The notes: a model not told the origin generated them from the sequence alone. A stretch of DNA of 64,000 bases from an uncultured virus (IMG/VR IMGVR_UViG_3300027782_000076) (IMGVR_UViG_3300027782_000076); one strand, 5' to 3'; positions 9,996 to 20,395 are shown, counted from the stretch's first letter. Translations and numbers: made by a program.

Positions 9996-10023
9996 AGCCA
10001 CGCAAAATCTGTGTGGCTTTTTT
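9996..10023 (+). terminator. Intrinsic terminator
   Basis: AGCCACGC/GTGTGGCT hairpin plus T run. Confidence 0.7.
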
Positions 10024-10057
10024 GTTTATATTTGCCTTATAAATAATAATAATAATA

Positions 10058-10255
10058 ATGTTGCAGATTGAAGATATAAAAGTTATCGGTTTCAATACAT
10101 TGTGTATGATTACAATGCGTTTTACTACCATTAATGAAGCCCTACAAACCCTTGTATTGTTAGCTACTATAGGTTACACCTTAGTAAGAACTATTAACGA
10201 AATTCAAAAATATAAAGATAATGGCAAAGACAAAGGCACTATCGGAGAAGATTAA
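10058..10255 (+). CDS. Putative holin
   Basis: Small, hydrophobic segments, charged C-terminus; upstream of the endolysin; promoter at 10027-10034. Confidence 0.5.
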   Translation: MLQIEDIKVIGFNTLCMITMRFTTINEALQTLVLLATIGYTLVRTINEIQKYKDNGKDKGTIGED

Positions 10256-10340
10256 AGTTAACTTCGGAAAGCGTAAGGGTGGCAAACACTCAAAGGCAAA
10301 GAGTTTACAACCTAAAAAATATAGAGGGCAAGGACGATGA
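10221..10340 (+). CDS. Small basic protein, 39 aa (not in ORF track)
   Basis: MAKTKALSEK...KKYRGQGR*; ATGA overlap with the endolysin start. Confidence 0.6.
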   Translation: MAKTKALSEKIKVNFGKRKGGKHSKAKSLQPKKYRGQGR

Positions 10341-10804
10341 AACTATCAGAACATTTCATATTAGCTGAACTAACACCGTCATCAACGGCAAAGCGATTGG
10401 GCATCAAGAATGAGCCAACGCCTGCACACTTAGAGTGCTTAAAATTATTAGCTATAAATGTATTAGACAAGGTGCGCGAGCATTTTGATAAGCCTATTTG
10501 GGTATCCTCAGGGTACCGCTCTAAGGCTTTAAACGATGCAACTCCCGGCTCAAGCCCAACGTCACAACATTGCTTAGGCGAGGCAGCCGACTTAGACCAA
10601 GACGGCAGAGGCACGGGCGTATCTAATAAGATGGTATTTGACTACATTAAAGACCACTTAGAGTTCGACCAATTAATTTGGGAGTTTGGAACGGATGACA
10701 ATCCTGATTGGGTTCACGTATCATTTTCTAAAAAAAGAAAGCGCAAGCAGGCGTTAAAAGCAGTAAGAATAAAAGGAAAAACACAATATATACCATACGT
10801 TTAA
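10337..10804 (+). CDS. Endolysin, peptidase M15 family
   Basis: SSGYRS, SQHCLGEAAD and WVHVS zinc-ligand motifs. Confidence 0.88.
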   Translation: MKLSEHFILAELTPSSTAKRLGIKNEPTPAHLECLKLLAINVLDKVREHFDKPIWVSSGYRSKALNDATPGSSPTSQHCLGEAADLDQDGRGTGVSNKMVFDYIKDHLEFDQLIWEFGTDDNPDWVHVSFSKKRKRKQALKAVRIKGKTQYIPYV

Positions 10805-10827
10805 TAAAATAACATTATATTTGCAAA

Positions 10828-11088
10828 ATGGAAATCGTAAACAATCAAATTCAATCTTTAACTCAGGATGAGTTAAAATTGGTTCAAGAAATGAACAATG
10901 ACTTCACAAAGGCTAAGATGGCTTTAGGTGATTTAGAATTAAGAAAGCAAGAATTATTCAAAGCACTTGACGAAATGAGAGCTGAGTTCGCTAAGAACGA
11001 AATTGCATTAGTAGAAAAATATGGTAAAGACTCTGTTATTAACATTATGACAGGAGAAATAACTAAAAAAGATGATGACACCAAGTAA
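10828..11088 (+). CDS. Hypothetical coiled-coil protein
   Basis: Promoter TATATTTG at 10816-10823; heptad pattern. Confidence 0.65.
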   Translation: MEIVNNQIQSLTQDELKLVQEMNNDFTKAKMALGDLELRKQELFKALDEMRAEFAKNEIALVEKYGKDSVINIMTGEITKKDDDTK

Positions 11089-11416
11089 TTTTATTGGAAC
11101 AATGTTTCAATCGAGAGATATAATGCACATTGCACATCTCCAAACTACGTCTTTTGCAGAGCACAAGGCGTTGAATGGGTATTATGATGGTATCCTTGAT
11201 TTGACAGATAAGTTTGTTGAGGTTTACTTTGGTAGAAACAAAAGAGTTCCATTCACAATCTATGAGTCTAAGATTGAGGATGCTGTTACACATTTAAAGG
11301 GAATCCAAAAGATTCTTGATGAAGAGCGTAATGGTTATGCTTCAGAGCTTCAGAATATTATGGATGAGATGCTTGCTTTAGTAAATCAAACATTATATTT
11401 ATTAACCTTATCTTAA
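11072..11416 (+). CDS. Ferritin/Dps-like four-helix protein (DUF5856-like)
   Basis: HIAHLQT.SFAEHKALNGYYDGI...DKFVE...QTLYLLTL pattern. Confidence 0.65.
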   Translation: MMTPSNFIGTMFQSRDIMHIAHLQTTSFAEHKALNGYYDGILDLTDKFVEVYFGRNKRVPFTIYESKIEDAVTHLKGIQKILDEERNGYASELQNIMDEMLALVNQTLYLLTLS

Positions 11417-11423
11417 AAATAAA

Positions 11424-11663
11424 ATGGCAAGAATAAGTCAATATCCTACCACAGGTGTACCGTCACTTGCAGATAAAGTAATTGCTACAAGTGTAAGTAA
11501 TAATGATGAAACTGTAAACATTACACTTGGAGAAATAAAATCTTTACCGTTTCCTAATGTACCTGTTTATGCAAACAATGCAGCGGCTATAATAGGTGGG
11601 TTACAAGAAGGTAATATATACAGGATTACAGGTACAGATTACTTGGGGGTAGTTTGGTTTTAA
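11424..11663 (+). CDS. Small virion-associated hypothetical protein
   Basis: N-terminus MARISQYP resembles fibre N-termini (compare MANIKFTEFP at 5708). Confidence 0.55.
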   Translation: MARISQYPTTGVPSLADKVIATSVSNNDETVNITLGEIKSLPFPNVPVYANNAAAIIGGLQEGNIYRITGTDYLGVVWF

Positions 11664-11664
11664 T

Positions 11665-11892
11665 ATGGAGATTCGTAAAATATCAGTAGGTCCTGACTAT
11701 AAGGGTGGTGCTATGCATTATATTGTGGGGCAGAAAGTATTGAACGATACCAACGAAATTCATCTTATTAAGATGGACACCGATAAGGCGTCTGTTAAAA
11801 TATACATCATTAACGAAAAACAGGAGGTGGTACTTTGGAAGGAGTTCACCTCTACAATACCAATTTCAATCGAATATAATATAAATTATTAA
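11665..11892 (+). CDS. Hypothetical protein
   Basis: TAATG-coupled to the GroES-like gene. Confidence 0.65.
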   Translation: MEIRKISVGPDYKGGAMHYIVGQKVLNDTNEIHLIKMDTDKASVKIYIINEKQEVVLWKEFTSTIPISIEYNINY

Positions 11893-12455
11893 TGAAATCT
11901 CCATTCTACTTCATAGTTAAACCAATGAAGGGGAAAAGGTACGATAACACAAAGAGCATAGGAGGTATTGACTTTATTGTCAGTACATCTGAGGAGGACC
12001 ATAGGTTCTCTAATCGCTATGCCGAGGTTATTGAAACTCCTCTAAGATATTCAGGACCTGTTCAGGTTGGGGATACATTACTTGTACATCACAACGCATT
12101 TAAGTTTTATAATGATATGAGAGGTCGTCAAAAGAGCGGTAAGAGCTTTTTTAGAGATGACATCTTTCTTATTGAGCCCGACCAATTCTTTATGTATAAG
12201 CACGAGGATAATTGGAATGCGTACGATAAGTATTGTTTTGTAAAGCCTATTGAAGCTGAGGATTCATATATTAAGAAACATCTTAGTGAGGAACCATTAA
12301 TGGGGCTTATGGTCTATCCTAATAAAACATTAACGGACTATGGTGTTATGGCGGGAGACAAAGTTTGTTTTAAGCCTGACAGTGAGTATGAGTTTGAGGT
12401 AGACGGGCAAAAGTTATACCGAATGTTTGACCATCAAATAACAATTAAGTTATGA
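11892..12455 (+). CDS. groES: Co-chaperonin GroES-like protein with two tandem domains
   Basis: Two GroES-like units: FIVKP...AEVI...VQVGDTLL and CFVKP...GVMAGDKVCF...EFEVDGQKLY. Confidence 0.7.
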   Translation: MKSPFYFIVKPMKGKRYDNTKSIGGIDFIVSTSEEDHRFSNRYAEVIETPLRYSGPVQVGDTLLVHHNAFKFYNDMRGRQKSGKSFFRDDIFLIEPDQFFMYKHEDNWNAYDKYCFVKPIEAEDSYIKKHLSEEPLMGLMVYPNKTLTDYGVMAGDKVCFKPDSEYEFEVDGQKLYRMFDHQITIKL

Positions 12456-12739
12456 GAGATTCAAAAGAAATTAAGAAAAAGATAATTGAAGCCGGCAGAT
12501 TAGCTGTAGAGCAACTAATAAAAGTTGCAAAGGAAGATATTATTAAACCAAATGCTGAGGATGATTTGGCTGCAGATAAATTAAAGAACGCTGCTGCCAC
12601 TAAGAAATTAGCAATCTTTGATGCATTTGAGATATTAAGTCGGATTGAATTAGAAGAGGAGACTCTTGACTCATTAGATAATGGCAACAAAAAAACTGAT
12701 ACAAGACAGGGATTTGCAGAGCGAAGGTCAAGGCAATAG
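12452..12739 (+). CDS. Putative terminase small subunit
   Basis: Small helical protein overlapping the 5' end of TerL; positional inference. Confidence 0.5.
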   Translation: MRDSKEIKKKIIEAGRLAVEQLIKVAKEDIIKPNAEDDLAADKLKNAAATKKLAIFDAFEILSRIELEEETLDSLDNGNKKTDTRQGFAERRSRQ

Positions 12740-14963
12740 ATTATACTATGTAGTCGAAGACTACCTTCCTGCAAATGCAAAGACTAAAAAAAATACCTCA
12801 CGTAGTTGGCTATACGGGTATAACGAGCAATATGATTTGGTGGTTATATCTAAGAACGGTCAAATAGGAGATATTATTAATATATCAGGACTATACATTG
12901 CGCTGCCGCCTACTCCCAAAGAGTGTCTTCAAAGACACTACAAGTCATCGGAACAGTATTGGGAGAGACAGGAAATCCCTAAAGAATTAGCAAGAATACA
13001 ATCAATCTTTCATTGGAACGAAAAACCTAAGGAGTTTAAAGACCGATGGGTAGATTACATTGAGCAAGAGTTTGATTACAGAGAGCAAGGATTTTGGTTT
13101 ATGAATAATGGTAAACCTACCTACATTACAGGCTCACATTATATGTACTTGCAATGGTCAAGTATTGACGTTGGATACCCTGACTTCAGAGAAGCAAATA
13201 GAATTTATTGGATATTTTGGGAAGCCTGTAAAGCAGACCCGCGTTCATTTGGTATGATATACCTAAAGATTAGACGTTCGGGATTTTCATTTATGGCATC
13301 TTCAGAATGTATTAATGTGGGAACGCTTGCGCGCGATGCAAGGGTTGGTATCCTGTCTAAGACGGGTGCCGATGCTAAGAAGATGTTTACAGACAAGGTT
13401 GTTCCAATTAATAGCAGACTACCGTTTTTCTTCAAACCGATTATGGATGGTATGGACAAGCCAAAGACAGAGCTTGCCTTTAGGTTGCCGGCATCCAAGA
13501 TTACAAAGAAGAATATGTACGACAATAGTCAAGAAGATATAGACGGACTTGATACATCTATCGATTGGAAGAATACAGAAGACAACTCTTATGATGGGGA
13601 GAAGCTATTATTCTTAGCTCACGATGAGAGTGCTAAGTGGCTTAAACCTAATAACATCAAAGACAATTGGCGTGTAACTAAAACGTGTTTACGTTTGGGT
13701 TCTAAAATTATTGGTAAGTGTATGATGGGCTCGACCTCAAATGCATTATCAAAGGGCGGTCAAAACTACAAAGATATTTACGAGGACTCACGTGTTGCCA
13801 ATAGAAACGCCAATGGTCAAACTAAGAGCGGACTATATGCTTTGTTTATTCCAATGGAATGGAATATGGAGGGATTTATAGACATCTTTGGTATGCCCGT
13901 GTTTAAAAAACCTGAGCAGCCTATCTTAGGTGTTGACAAGGCAATGATTAAGAATGGTGCTATTGATTATTGGGAGGCGGAGGTTGACTCACTTAAAAGT
14001 GATGCCGACGCACTCAACGAATTTTACCGTCAGTTTCCGCGCACGGAGTCGCATGCATTCAGGGACGAGAGCAAGCAAGCACTATTCAATTTAACTAAAA
14101 TATACCAACAGATTGACTACAACGATTCGCTTATAACCGAGCACCACGTTACACGTGGAACCTTTCATTGGCGGGACGGTGTGAAGGATTCGACGGTTGT
14201 TTGGACTCCCGATAATAAGGGTAGATTCTTAGTGAGTTGGCTTCCGCCAAGGCACCTACAAAATAACGTAAGAGATAAGGGTGGAAACAAATATCCTGCA
14301 AGTGAGAGCTTAGGTTCGTTTGGTTGTGACTCGTATGATATATCGGCAGTAGTTGGGGGGCGTGGTTCTAATGGTTCGCTACACGGACTTACTAAGTTTC
14401 ATATGGACGACGGTCCTGTAAATCAATTTTTTTTAGAGTATATTGCAAGACCTCAGACGGCAGAGATATTTTTTGAAGAAGTATTAATGGCTTGCGTATT
14501 TTATGGTATGCCAATCTTAGTGGAGAATAACAAACCAAGATTGCTTTACCATTTTAAAAATAGAGGCTACAGACAGTTTTGTTTGAACAGACCCGACAAA
14601 CACATTAGCAAGCTCTCTAAGACAGAGAAAGAACTTGGGGGAATACCTAACTCATCTGAGGATGTTAAGCAGGCTCACGCGGCTGCTATCGAGTCCTACA
14701 TCGAAAAATATGTGGGGATGGATTTAGCGGGTAACTATAGAGACCCTGACGAGATGGGAACAATGCCATTCACAAGGACTTTAGAAGATTGGGCTAAATT
14801 TGATATTAATGATAGAACAAAATTTGACGCTTCTATTAGTTCGGGATTAGCTATTATGGCTAACCAAAAACATATGTACGTGCCTGAGAAAAAAGAGTCA
14901 AAAATAAGCATTAACTTTGCAAGATATACAAACGATGGAACATCAAGTCAAATAATTAGATGA
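12681..14963 (+). CDS. terL: Terminase large subunit (module B)
   Basis: KIRRSGFS Walker A-like, LAHDE Walker B, GST coupling motif, GCDSYD RNase H-like nuclease; true start may be slightly downstream. Confidence 0.88.
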   Translation: MATKKLIQDRDLQSEGQGNRLYYVVEDYLPANAKTKKNTSRSWLYGYNEQYDLVVISKNGQIGDIINISGLYIALPPTPKECLQRHYKSSEQYWERQEIPKELARIQSIFHWNEKPKEFKDRWVDYIEQEFDYREQGFWFMNNGKPTYITGSHYMYLQWSSIDVGYPDFREANRIYWIFWEACKADPRSFGMIYLKIRRSGFSFMASSECINVGTLARDARVGILSKTGADAKKMFTDKVVPINSRLPFFFKPIMDGMDKPKTELAFRLPASKITKKNMYDNSQEDIDGLDTSIDWKNTEDNSYDGEKLLFLAHDESAKWLKPNNIKDNWRVTKTCLRLGSKIIGKCMMGSTSNALSKGGQNYKDIYEDSRVANRNANGQTKSGLYALFIPMEWNMEGFIDIFGMPVFKKPEQPILGVDKAMIKNGAIDYWEAEVDSLKSDADALNEFYRQFPRTESHAFRDESKQALFNLTKIYQQIDYNDSLITEHHVTRGTFHWRDGVKDSTVVWTPDNKGRFLVSWLPPRHLQNNVRDKGGNKYPASESLGSFGCDSYDISAVVGGRGSNGSLHGLTKFHMDDGPVNQFFLEYIARPQTAEIFFEEVLMACVFYGMPILVENNKPRLLYHFKNRGYRQFCLNRPDKHISKLSKTEKELGGIPNSSEDVKQAHAAAIESYIEKYVGMDLAGNYRDPDEMGTMPFTRTLEDWAKFDINDRTKFDASISSGLAIMANQKHMYVPEKKESKISINFARYTNDGTSSQIIR

Positions 14964-17398
14964 AGAACGATATATTAATAAATGTTTTATCTACAGGGTT
15001 CCCGTCTCAGTTCGTATCCGATAGCGAAAAGGCTACCTATGAGTATGGATTACTTATAGGTCAGGCTATTCAATATGAGTGGTTTAGAAAAGATGGTAAT
15101 CAATGTAGATTTTACAGTCAATGGAGAGACTTCCATAGACTAAGGTTATATGCAAGGGGCGAGCAGTCTATTGCTAAATACAAAAATGAATTAGCTATTG
15201 ATGGAGATTTATCTTATCTAAACTTAGATTGGACTCCCGTTCCTATCATTCCTAAATTTGTTGACATTGTTGTTAATGGAATGTCTGATAGACTTTTTAA
15301 AGTTAAGGCTTATGCACAAGATGCAATGTCTCAATCTAAGAGAAGTAAATACCAAGATACCATTGAAGCTCAAATGGCTGCAAAGGACATCTTAACTACA
15401 ATACAAGATAAGACAGGTGTAAATCCTTTTATGATGGACCCTGCACAATTGCCAAATACAGACGAGGAACTCGCGTTGTATATGCAGTTGAATTATAAAC
15501 CTGCAATTGAAATTGCAGAAGAAGAAGCTATCAATACCATACTTGACGAGAATCATTATCAAGACTTACGTAAAAGAACTGATTATGATTTGATGGTATT
15601 AGGTATTGGTGTAGCTAAGCACGAGTTTTTGCCGGGCGCAGGCGTTGAGGTTTCATACGTAGACCCTGCCAATGTTGTGTATAGTTATACAGAAGACCCA
15701 TATTTTAGAGATTGTTTTTATTGGGGAGAAATTAAAACTCTACCCGTAATTGAATGTATGAAGATTGACCCAACACTTACTAACGAGGATTTAAAAGAAA
15801 TCTCTATGTTTAGTCAAAGTTGGTATAATTATTACAACGTAGCTCAATTCTACGAGAACAGTATGTTTAATGCAGATACCTGTACGTTAATGTACTTTAA
15901 TTATAAGACCACTAAGAAAGTAGTTTACAAAAAGAAAAAACTTGAAGGTGGCGCTACAAGAGTAATTGAGAAAGATGATACCTTTAATCCTCCTGTAGAA
16001 ATGATGGAGGAAGGTAACTTTGAGAAAATAGAAAAAACTATTGATGTTTGGTACAATGGCATAATGGTTATGGGTACCAACATCTTATTAAAGTGGGAGA
16101 TGGCAGAGAATATGGTTCGTCCAAAGTCTGCTACTCAGCACGCATTACCAAACTATGTTGCCGTTGCTCCACGTATGTACAAGGGAGTTATTGAGTCATT
16201 AGTAAGAAGGATGATTCCTTTTGCCGATTTGATTCAGATTACTCACTTAAAATTACAACAAGTAATTGCACGTGTAGTTCCTGACGGTGTATTCATTGAT
16301 GCCGATGGTTTAAATGAAGTAGATTTAGGGACGGGTAATGCTTACAATCCTGAGGACGCTTTAAGATTATACTTCCAAACAGGTAGTGTAATTGGTAGAA
16401 GTTATACTCAAGATGGTGAGTTTAATAATGCAAGGGTGCCAATCCAACAGTTAACATCTAACTCAGGAGCAAGTAAAACCCAAATGCTTATTACAAACTA
16501 CAATCATTATATGGATATGATTCGTTCTGTAACAGGTTTAAATGAAGCAAGAGACGGTTCAATGCCTGACCCTAACTCATTAGTTGGTTTACAAAAGTTA
16601 GCTGCGCTAAACTCAAACACAGCTACTCGTCACATATTAGAAAGTAGTTTATTTATTTTCCGTTCATTATCCGAGGCTTTAACGTATCGTATTGGTGATA
16701 TTTTAGAGTACGCAGACTTTAAAGATGATTTTGCAAATAAGATTGGTAAATATAATGTATCAATTTTAGGAGAGATTAATGATTTATACATTTATGATTT
16801 TGGCATTTTTATAGAGGTTTCACCGGATGAGGAAGAGAAAGCGCAACTTGAAGCGAATATTCAAATGGCATTATCTAAGGGCGATATTAATCTTGAAGAT
16901 GCTATCGACATACGTGAGATAAAGAATTTAAAACTTGCTAATCAATTATTAAAATTAAAGAGGACTAAGAAGCAAGAGCGTGAGGAGAAGATGGCTATGC
17001 AAAACCAAGCTATGACCGCTCAACAAAATCTTAAATCTCAGGAGATGGCAGGACAGTTGGCTATGCAGAAGATTCAAATGGAGACTCAAGCTAAGATGCA
17101 AATCAAGCAGGCTGAGGTAGCATTTGATATTGAAAAGATGCAGAAGGAAGCCGAGCTAAAGAGTCATCTGATGGCGGAGGAGTTCCAATATAGTATGCAA
17201 CTAAATGGGTTGGAACAAAGCACTATATCAGGTAGAGACAAAGAGAAAGAAGATGCTAAGGCAAAGCGTATTAGTCAACAAAACACAGAGCAATCTAAGT
17301 TGATTAATCAACGTAAGAATAACTTACCACCTTTAAACTTTGAGTCTAACGAGGATAGTTTAGATGGCTTTGATATGGGTGAATTTGAACCAAGATAA
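14960..17398 (+). CDS. Portal protein (podophage type, module B)
   Basis: 812 aa directly after TerL; IPKFVDIVVNG, VTGLNEARDG, long Q/M-rich C-terminal barrel helix. Confidence 0.85.
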   Translation: MKNDILINVLSTGFPSQFVSDSEKATYEYGLLIGQAIQYEWFRKDGNQCRFYSQWRDFHRLRLYARGEQSIAKYKNELAIDGDLSYLNLDWTPVPIIPKFVDIVVNGMSDRLFKVKAYAQDAMSQSKRSKYQDTIEAQMAAKDILTTIQDKTGVNPFMMDPAQLPNTDEELALYMQLNYKPAIEIAEEEAINTILDENHYQDLRKRTDYDLMVLGIGVAKHEFLPGAGVEVSYVDPANVVYSYTEDPYFRDCFYWGEIKTLPVIECMKIDPTLTNEDLKEISMFSQSWYNYYNVAQFYENSMFNADTCTLMYFNYKTTKKVVYKKKKLEGGATRVIEKDDTFNPPVEMMEEGNFEKIEKTIDVWYNGIMVMGTNILLKWEMAENMVRPKSATQHALPNYVAVAPRMYKGVIESLVRRMIPFADLIQITHLKLQQVIARVVPDGVFIDADGLNEVDLGTGNAYNPEDALRLYFQTGSVIGRSYTQDGEFNNARVPIQQLTSNSGASKTQMLITNYNHYMDMIRSVTGLNEARDGSMPDPNSLVGLQKLAALNSNTATRHILESSLFIFRSLSEALTYRIGDILEYADFKDDFANKIGKYNVSILGEINDLYIYDFGIFIEVSPDEEEKAQLEANIQMALSKGDINLEDAIDIREIKNLKLANQLLKLKRTKKQEREEKMAMQNQAMTAQQNLKSQEMAGQLAMQKIQMETQAKMQIKQAEVAFDIEKMQKEAELKSHLMAEEFQYSMQLNGLEQSTISGRDKEKEDAKAKRISQQNTEQSKLINQRKNNLPPLNFESNEDSLDGFDMGEFEPR

Positions 17399-17404
17399 TA
17401 ATAG

Positions 17405-17710
17405 ATGTTTAGTTCTTCAAATGAATGGGTAATGATAGCCGGTGTATTCACCGGTATATTATTTATAATTGCTTGTGTATTATATGTAAATAGGTTATTT
17501 GTAAATAGTACAAAAGATATATTAGTAAAGTTTATTCTTTTGGTCTTTGCGTCACTTGTAGGCGTGTTTATTGTAGATAAAATTATTGCTTTTAAAATAG
17601 CATTATTATCAGATGAGCAGAATAACCAATTATTTGACTTGATTAAGACACTAACATTAATGATATTTAGTTACTATTTTGGAACTCAAAAATATGATAA
17701 ACAAGACTAA
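17405..17710 (+). CDS. Small membrane protein (3 predicted TM segments)
   Basis: Three hydrophobic stretches; AT-rich. Confidence 0.6.
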   Translation: MFSSSNEWVMIAGVFTGILFIIACVLYVNRLFVNSTKDILVKFILLVFASLVGVFIVDKIIAFKIALLSDEQNNQLFDLIKTLTLMIFSYYFGTQKYDKQD

Positions 17711-17763
17711 AGAAATAATATTAAAATTTTTATATAAATTTGCACTAAATAAAATCATATCCA

Positions 17764-18855
17764 ATGGAATTTAAAGTAAGAGCTGTAGAAGGTTACGAAC
17801 CTAAATCAGTACAAGAAGTAGAAAAAGAATTGCTTGCTAAACATGAAGAGCAATTTGGTGAAACTGTTGAGGAAACTCCGGTTATAAATATGGAAACACC
17901 TGTACAGGAAACTGTACAAGAAGTTGAATTAAAAGAAGAAGACGTTCTTTCATATATTGGGAAGAGATATAATAAGCAGATTAACTCATTTGATGAGTTG
18001 TTAGCTGAGCGTAGTCAGGCAGAAGATTTGCCCGAAGACGTTGCTGCTTATTTTAAATACAAAAAGGAAACAGGAAGAGGATTTGAAGACTTTGTCAATT
18101 TGAAAAAGGATTTTGATTCAATGGAACCTGAAGAACTTTTGCATAATTATTTGGCTGCTACTCAAGAAGGTCTTGACGATAATGATATTGATGTCCTAAT
18201 GGACGACTATCGTTATGACGAAGACATTGACGAGGAACATACAATTAAAAAAATAAAGTTAGCAAAAAAGAAGATTATTGGTGAAGCCAAAAAATACTTC
18301 AATCAACAAAAGGAAAAATACAAAATGCCCCTTGAGTCAAGTACGGTAGGTATTCCTGATGAAGAGAAGGAAGTGTATGAGGCTTATAAACAATATACAC
18401 AACAAGCAAAAACCGAACAGGAGCAAGAATCTCGCAAACGCGATTGGTTCCAAAAGAAGACAGATGAGGTTTTTAACGAAGAGTTCAAAGGTTTTGAATT
18501 TAACGTAAACGACCGAAAGTTATCTTTTACTCCCGGTGATTCTAATGAGTTGAAAAAAAGTCAATCAACACCACTAAACTTTATTAATAAGTTTTTGGAC
18601 GATGACGGACTAATGAAAGACGCAGCAGGATACCATAGGTCATTAGCAATCGCAATGAATCCCGACAGATTCGCTAAGTTCTTTTACGAACAAGGTTTAT
18701 CTGATGCTACCGAGGATGTAATGCGCAAGACTAAAAACATTAATATGTCTGAGCGTAGAGCACCCGAAGTGACAAACAAAGGAGGAATGCAAGTAAGAGC
18801 AAAGGATAACGACTCAGGTCGTACCTTAAAAATTAAAAGTATTAAAAAGATTTAA
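17764..18855 (+). CDS. Probable scaffolding protein
   Basis: Acidic, helical, between portal and capsid; promoter TAAATTTG at 17735-17742. Confidence 0.65.
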   Translation: MEFKVRAVEGYEPKSVQEVEKELLAKHEEQFGETVEETPVINMETPVQETVQEVELKEEDVLSYIGKRYNKQINSFDELLAERSQAEDLPEDVAAYFKYKKETGRGFEDFVNLKKDFDSMEPEELLHNYLAATQEGLDDNDIDVLMDDYRYDEDIDEEHTIKKIKLAKKKIIGEAKKYFNQQKEKYKMPLESSTVGIPDEEKEVYEAYKQYTQQAKTEQEQESRKRDWFQKKTDEVFNEEFKGFEFNVNDRKLSFTPGDSNELKKSQSTPLNFINKFLDDDGLMKDAAGYHRSLAIAMNPDRFAKFFYEQGLSDATEDVMRKTKNINMSERRAPEVTNKGGMQVRAKDNDSGRTLKIKSIKKI

Positions 18856-18875
18856 AAACTTAAAAAAAAGAAAAA

Positions 18876-20321
18876 ATGGCAATATTACCTAATCCGGGTT
18901 ACCAATTACAGCCAAGTGCTGAGCAGGTCCCTTTATCGACAAATTACATTACCAACTTTGACTTCTTAAATCAGTATCTTCCTGATACTTATGAAAAAGA
19001 ATTTGAGCGTTATGGTAACAGAACAATCGCTTCTTTCCTTCGTATGGTAGGAGCTGAGATGCCTTCAAACTCTGACTTAGTAAAATGGGCAGAACAAGGT
19101 CGTCTTCACACTAAATACATTGATTGTGAGTCTTCTGCAGCTGCAGGAGCTGATACAGCTACAATCACAGTAAATGACACTTTAATCCCTTCTTCAGGTC
19201 CGGGTTCAGGTGGAATCGCTATCCGTAAAGGACAGACTGTTTTCATTTCTGACAATAATGCAGGTCATCACAACAAGGGTATTGTTATCGCAGTTAACAC
19301 TTCTGCAGGTACTTTCCAAGTTGCTTACTACGAAGGTGGTGGTCAAACTTTTGCTGCTACAGCAACTTTAACTGTTTGGATTTATGGTTCAGAGTTTAAA
19401 AAAGGTACAAACGGAATGGAAGGCTCTTTAGAGGCTAACGACGATTTCTTTGAAAACTCTCCAATCATTATCAAAGACAAGTATGCAGTATCAGGTTCTG
19501 ATATGGCTCAAATTGGATGGGTAGAAATTACTACTGAAAATGGAGCAAATGGTTACTTATGGTACTTAAAATCAGAGCACGAAACTCGTTTACGTTTTGA
19601 GGATTACTTAGAAACAGCTATGATTGAAGCAGTTCCTGCTGAAGCAGGTTCAGGTGTAGCAAATCAAACTACTTACACTGCTGCAGGTAACAAAGGTTCT
19701 GAAGGTATCTTCTACGTAGTAGAAAATAGAGGAAACGTTTGGGCAGGTGGTAACCCTACTACTTTAGCTGATTTCGATACAATCATCTCTCGTTTAGATA
19801 AGCAAGGTGCAATCGAAGAGAATGCAATCTTCTTAAACAGACAGTTTGGGTTTGACATCGACGATATGTTGGCTACATTGAACGGATACGTTTCAGGCGG
19901 TCCTGCAGGTGGTGCTTCATTCGGTTTGTTTGATAACGACATCGAGATGGCATTAAACTTAGGTTTCACAGGATTCCGTAGAGGTTACGATTTCTACAAG
20001 TCTGATTGGAAATACTTAAATGACCCAACTATGCGTGGTGGTTTAAACCCTGTTGCAGGTTCAGGTCGTGTAAACGGTTTATTAGTTCCTGCAGGTTCTA
20101 CTTCAGTGTATGACCAAATTATGGGTAAAAACGCTAAGAGACCATTCTTGCACGTACGTTACAGAGCTACAGAGGCAGAAGACCGCAGATACAAAACTTG
20201 GATTACAGGTTCTGCAGGTGGTGCAGCTACAAGCGACCTTGACGCAATGGAGGTTAACTTCTTGTCTGAAAGATGTGTATGTACACTTGGAGCGAACAAC
20301 TTCGTAATGTTCAACTACTAA
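18876..20321 (+). CDS. Major capsid protein (module B)
   Basis: 481 aa, highly biased codons, follows the scaffold, strong terminator after it. Confidence 0.8.
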   Translation: MAILPNPGYQLQPSAEQVPLSTNYITNFDFLNQYLPDTYEKEFERYGNRTIASFLRMVGAEMPSNSDLVKWAEQGRLHTKYIDCESSAAAGADTATITVNDTLIPSSGPGSGGIAIRKGQTVFISDNNAGHHNKGIVIAVNTSAGTFQVAYYEGGGQTFAATATLTVWIYGSEFKKGTNGMEGSLEANDDFFENSPIIIKDKYAVSGSDMAQIGWVEITTENGANGYLWYLKSEHETRLRFEDYLETAMIEAVPAEAGSGVANQTTYTAAGNKGSEGIFYVVENRGNVWAGGNPTTLADFDTIISRLDKQGAIEENAIFLNRQFGFDIDDMLATLNGYVSGGPAGGASFGLFDNDIEMALNLGFTGFRRGYDFYKSDWKYLNDPTMRGGLNPVAGSGRVNGLLVPAGSTSVYDQIMGKNAKRPFLHVRYRATEAEDRRYKTWITGSAGGAATSDLDAMEVNFLSERCVCTLGANNFVMFNY

Positions 20322-20330
20322 TTAATATAA

Positions 20331-20363
20331 GAAGGTGGTGTCTTTAAAGACACTGCCTTCTTT
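20331..20363 (+). terminator. Intrinsic terminator containing the 16-bp palindrome
   Basis: GAAGGTGGTGTCTT-TA-AAGACACTGCCTTC followed by T-rich run. Confidence 0.75.
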
Positions 20364-20395
20364 ATTTTATTTATTATTTAATTTTATTATATCAA

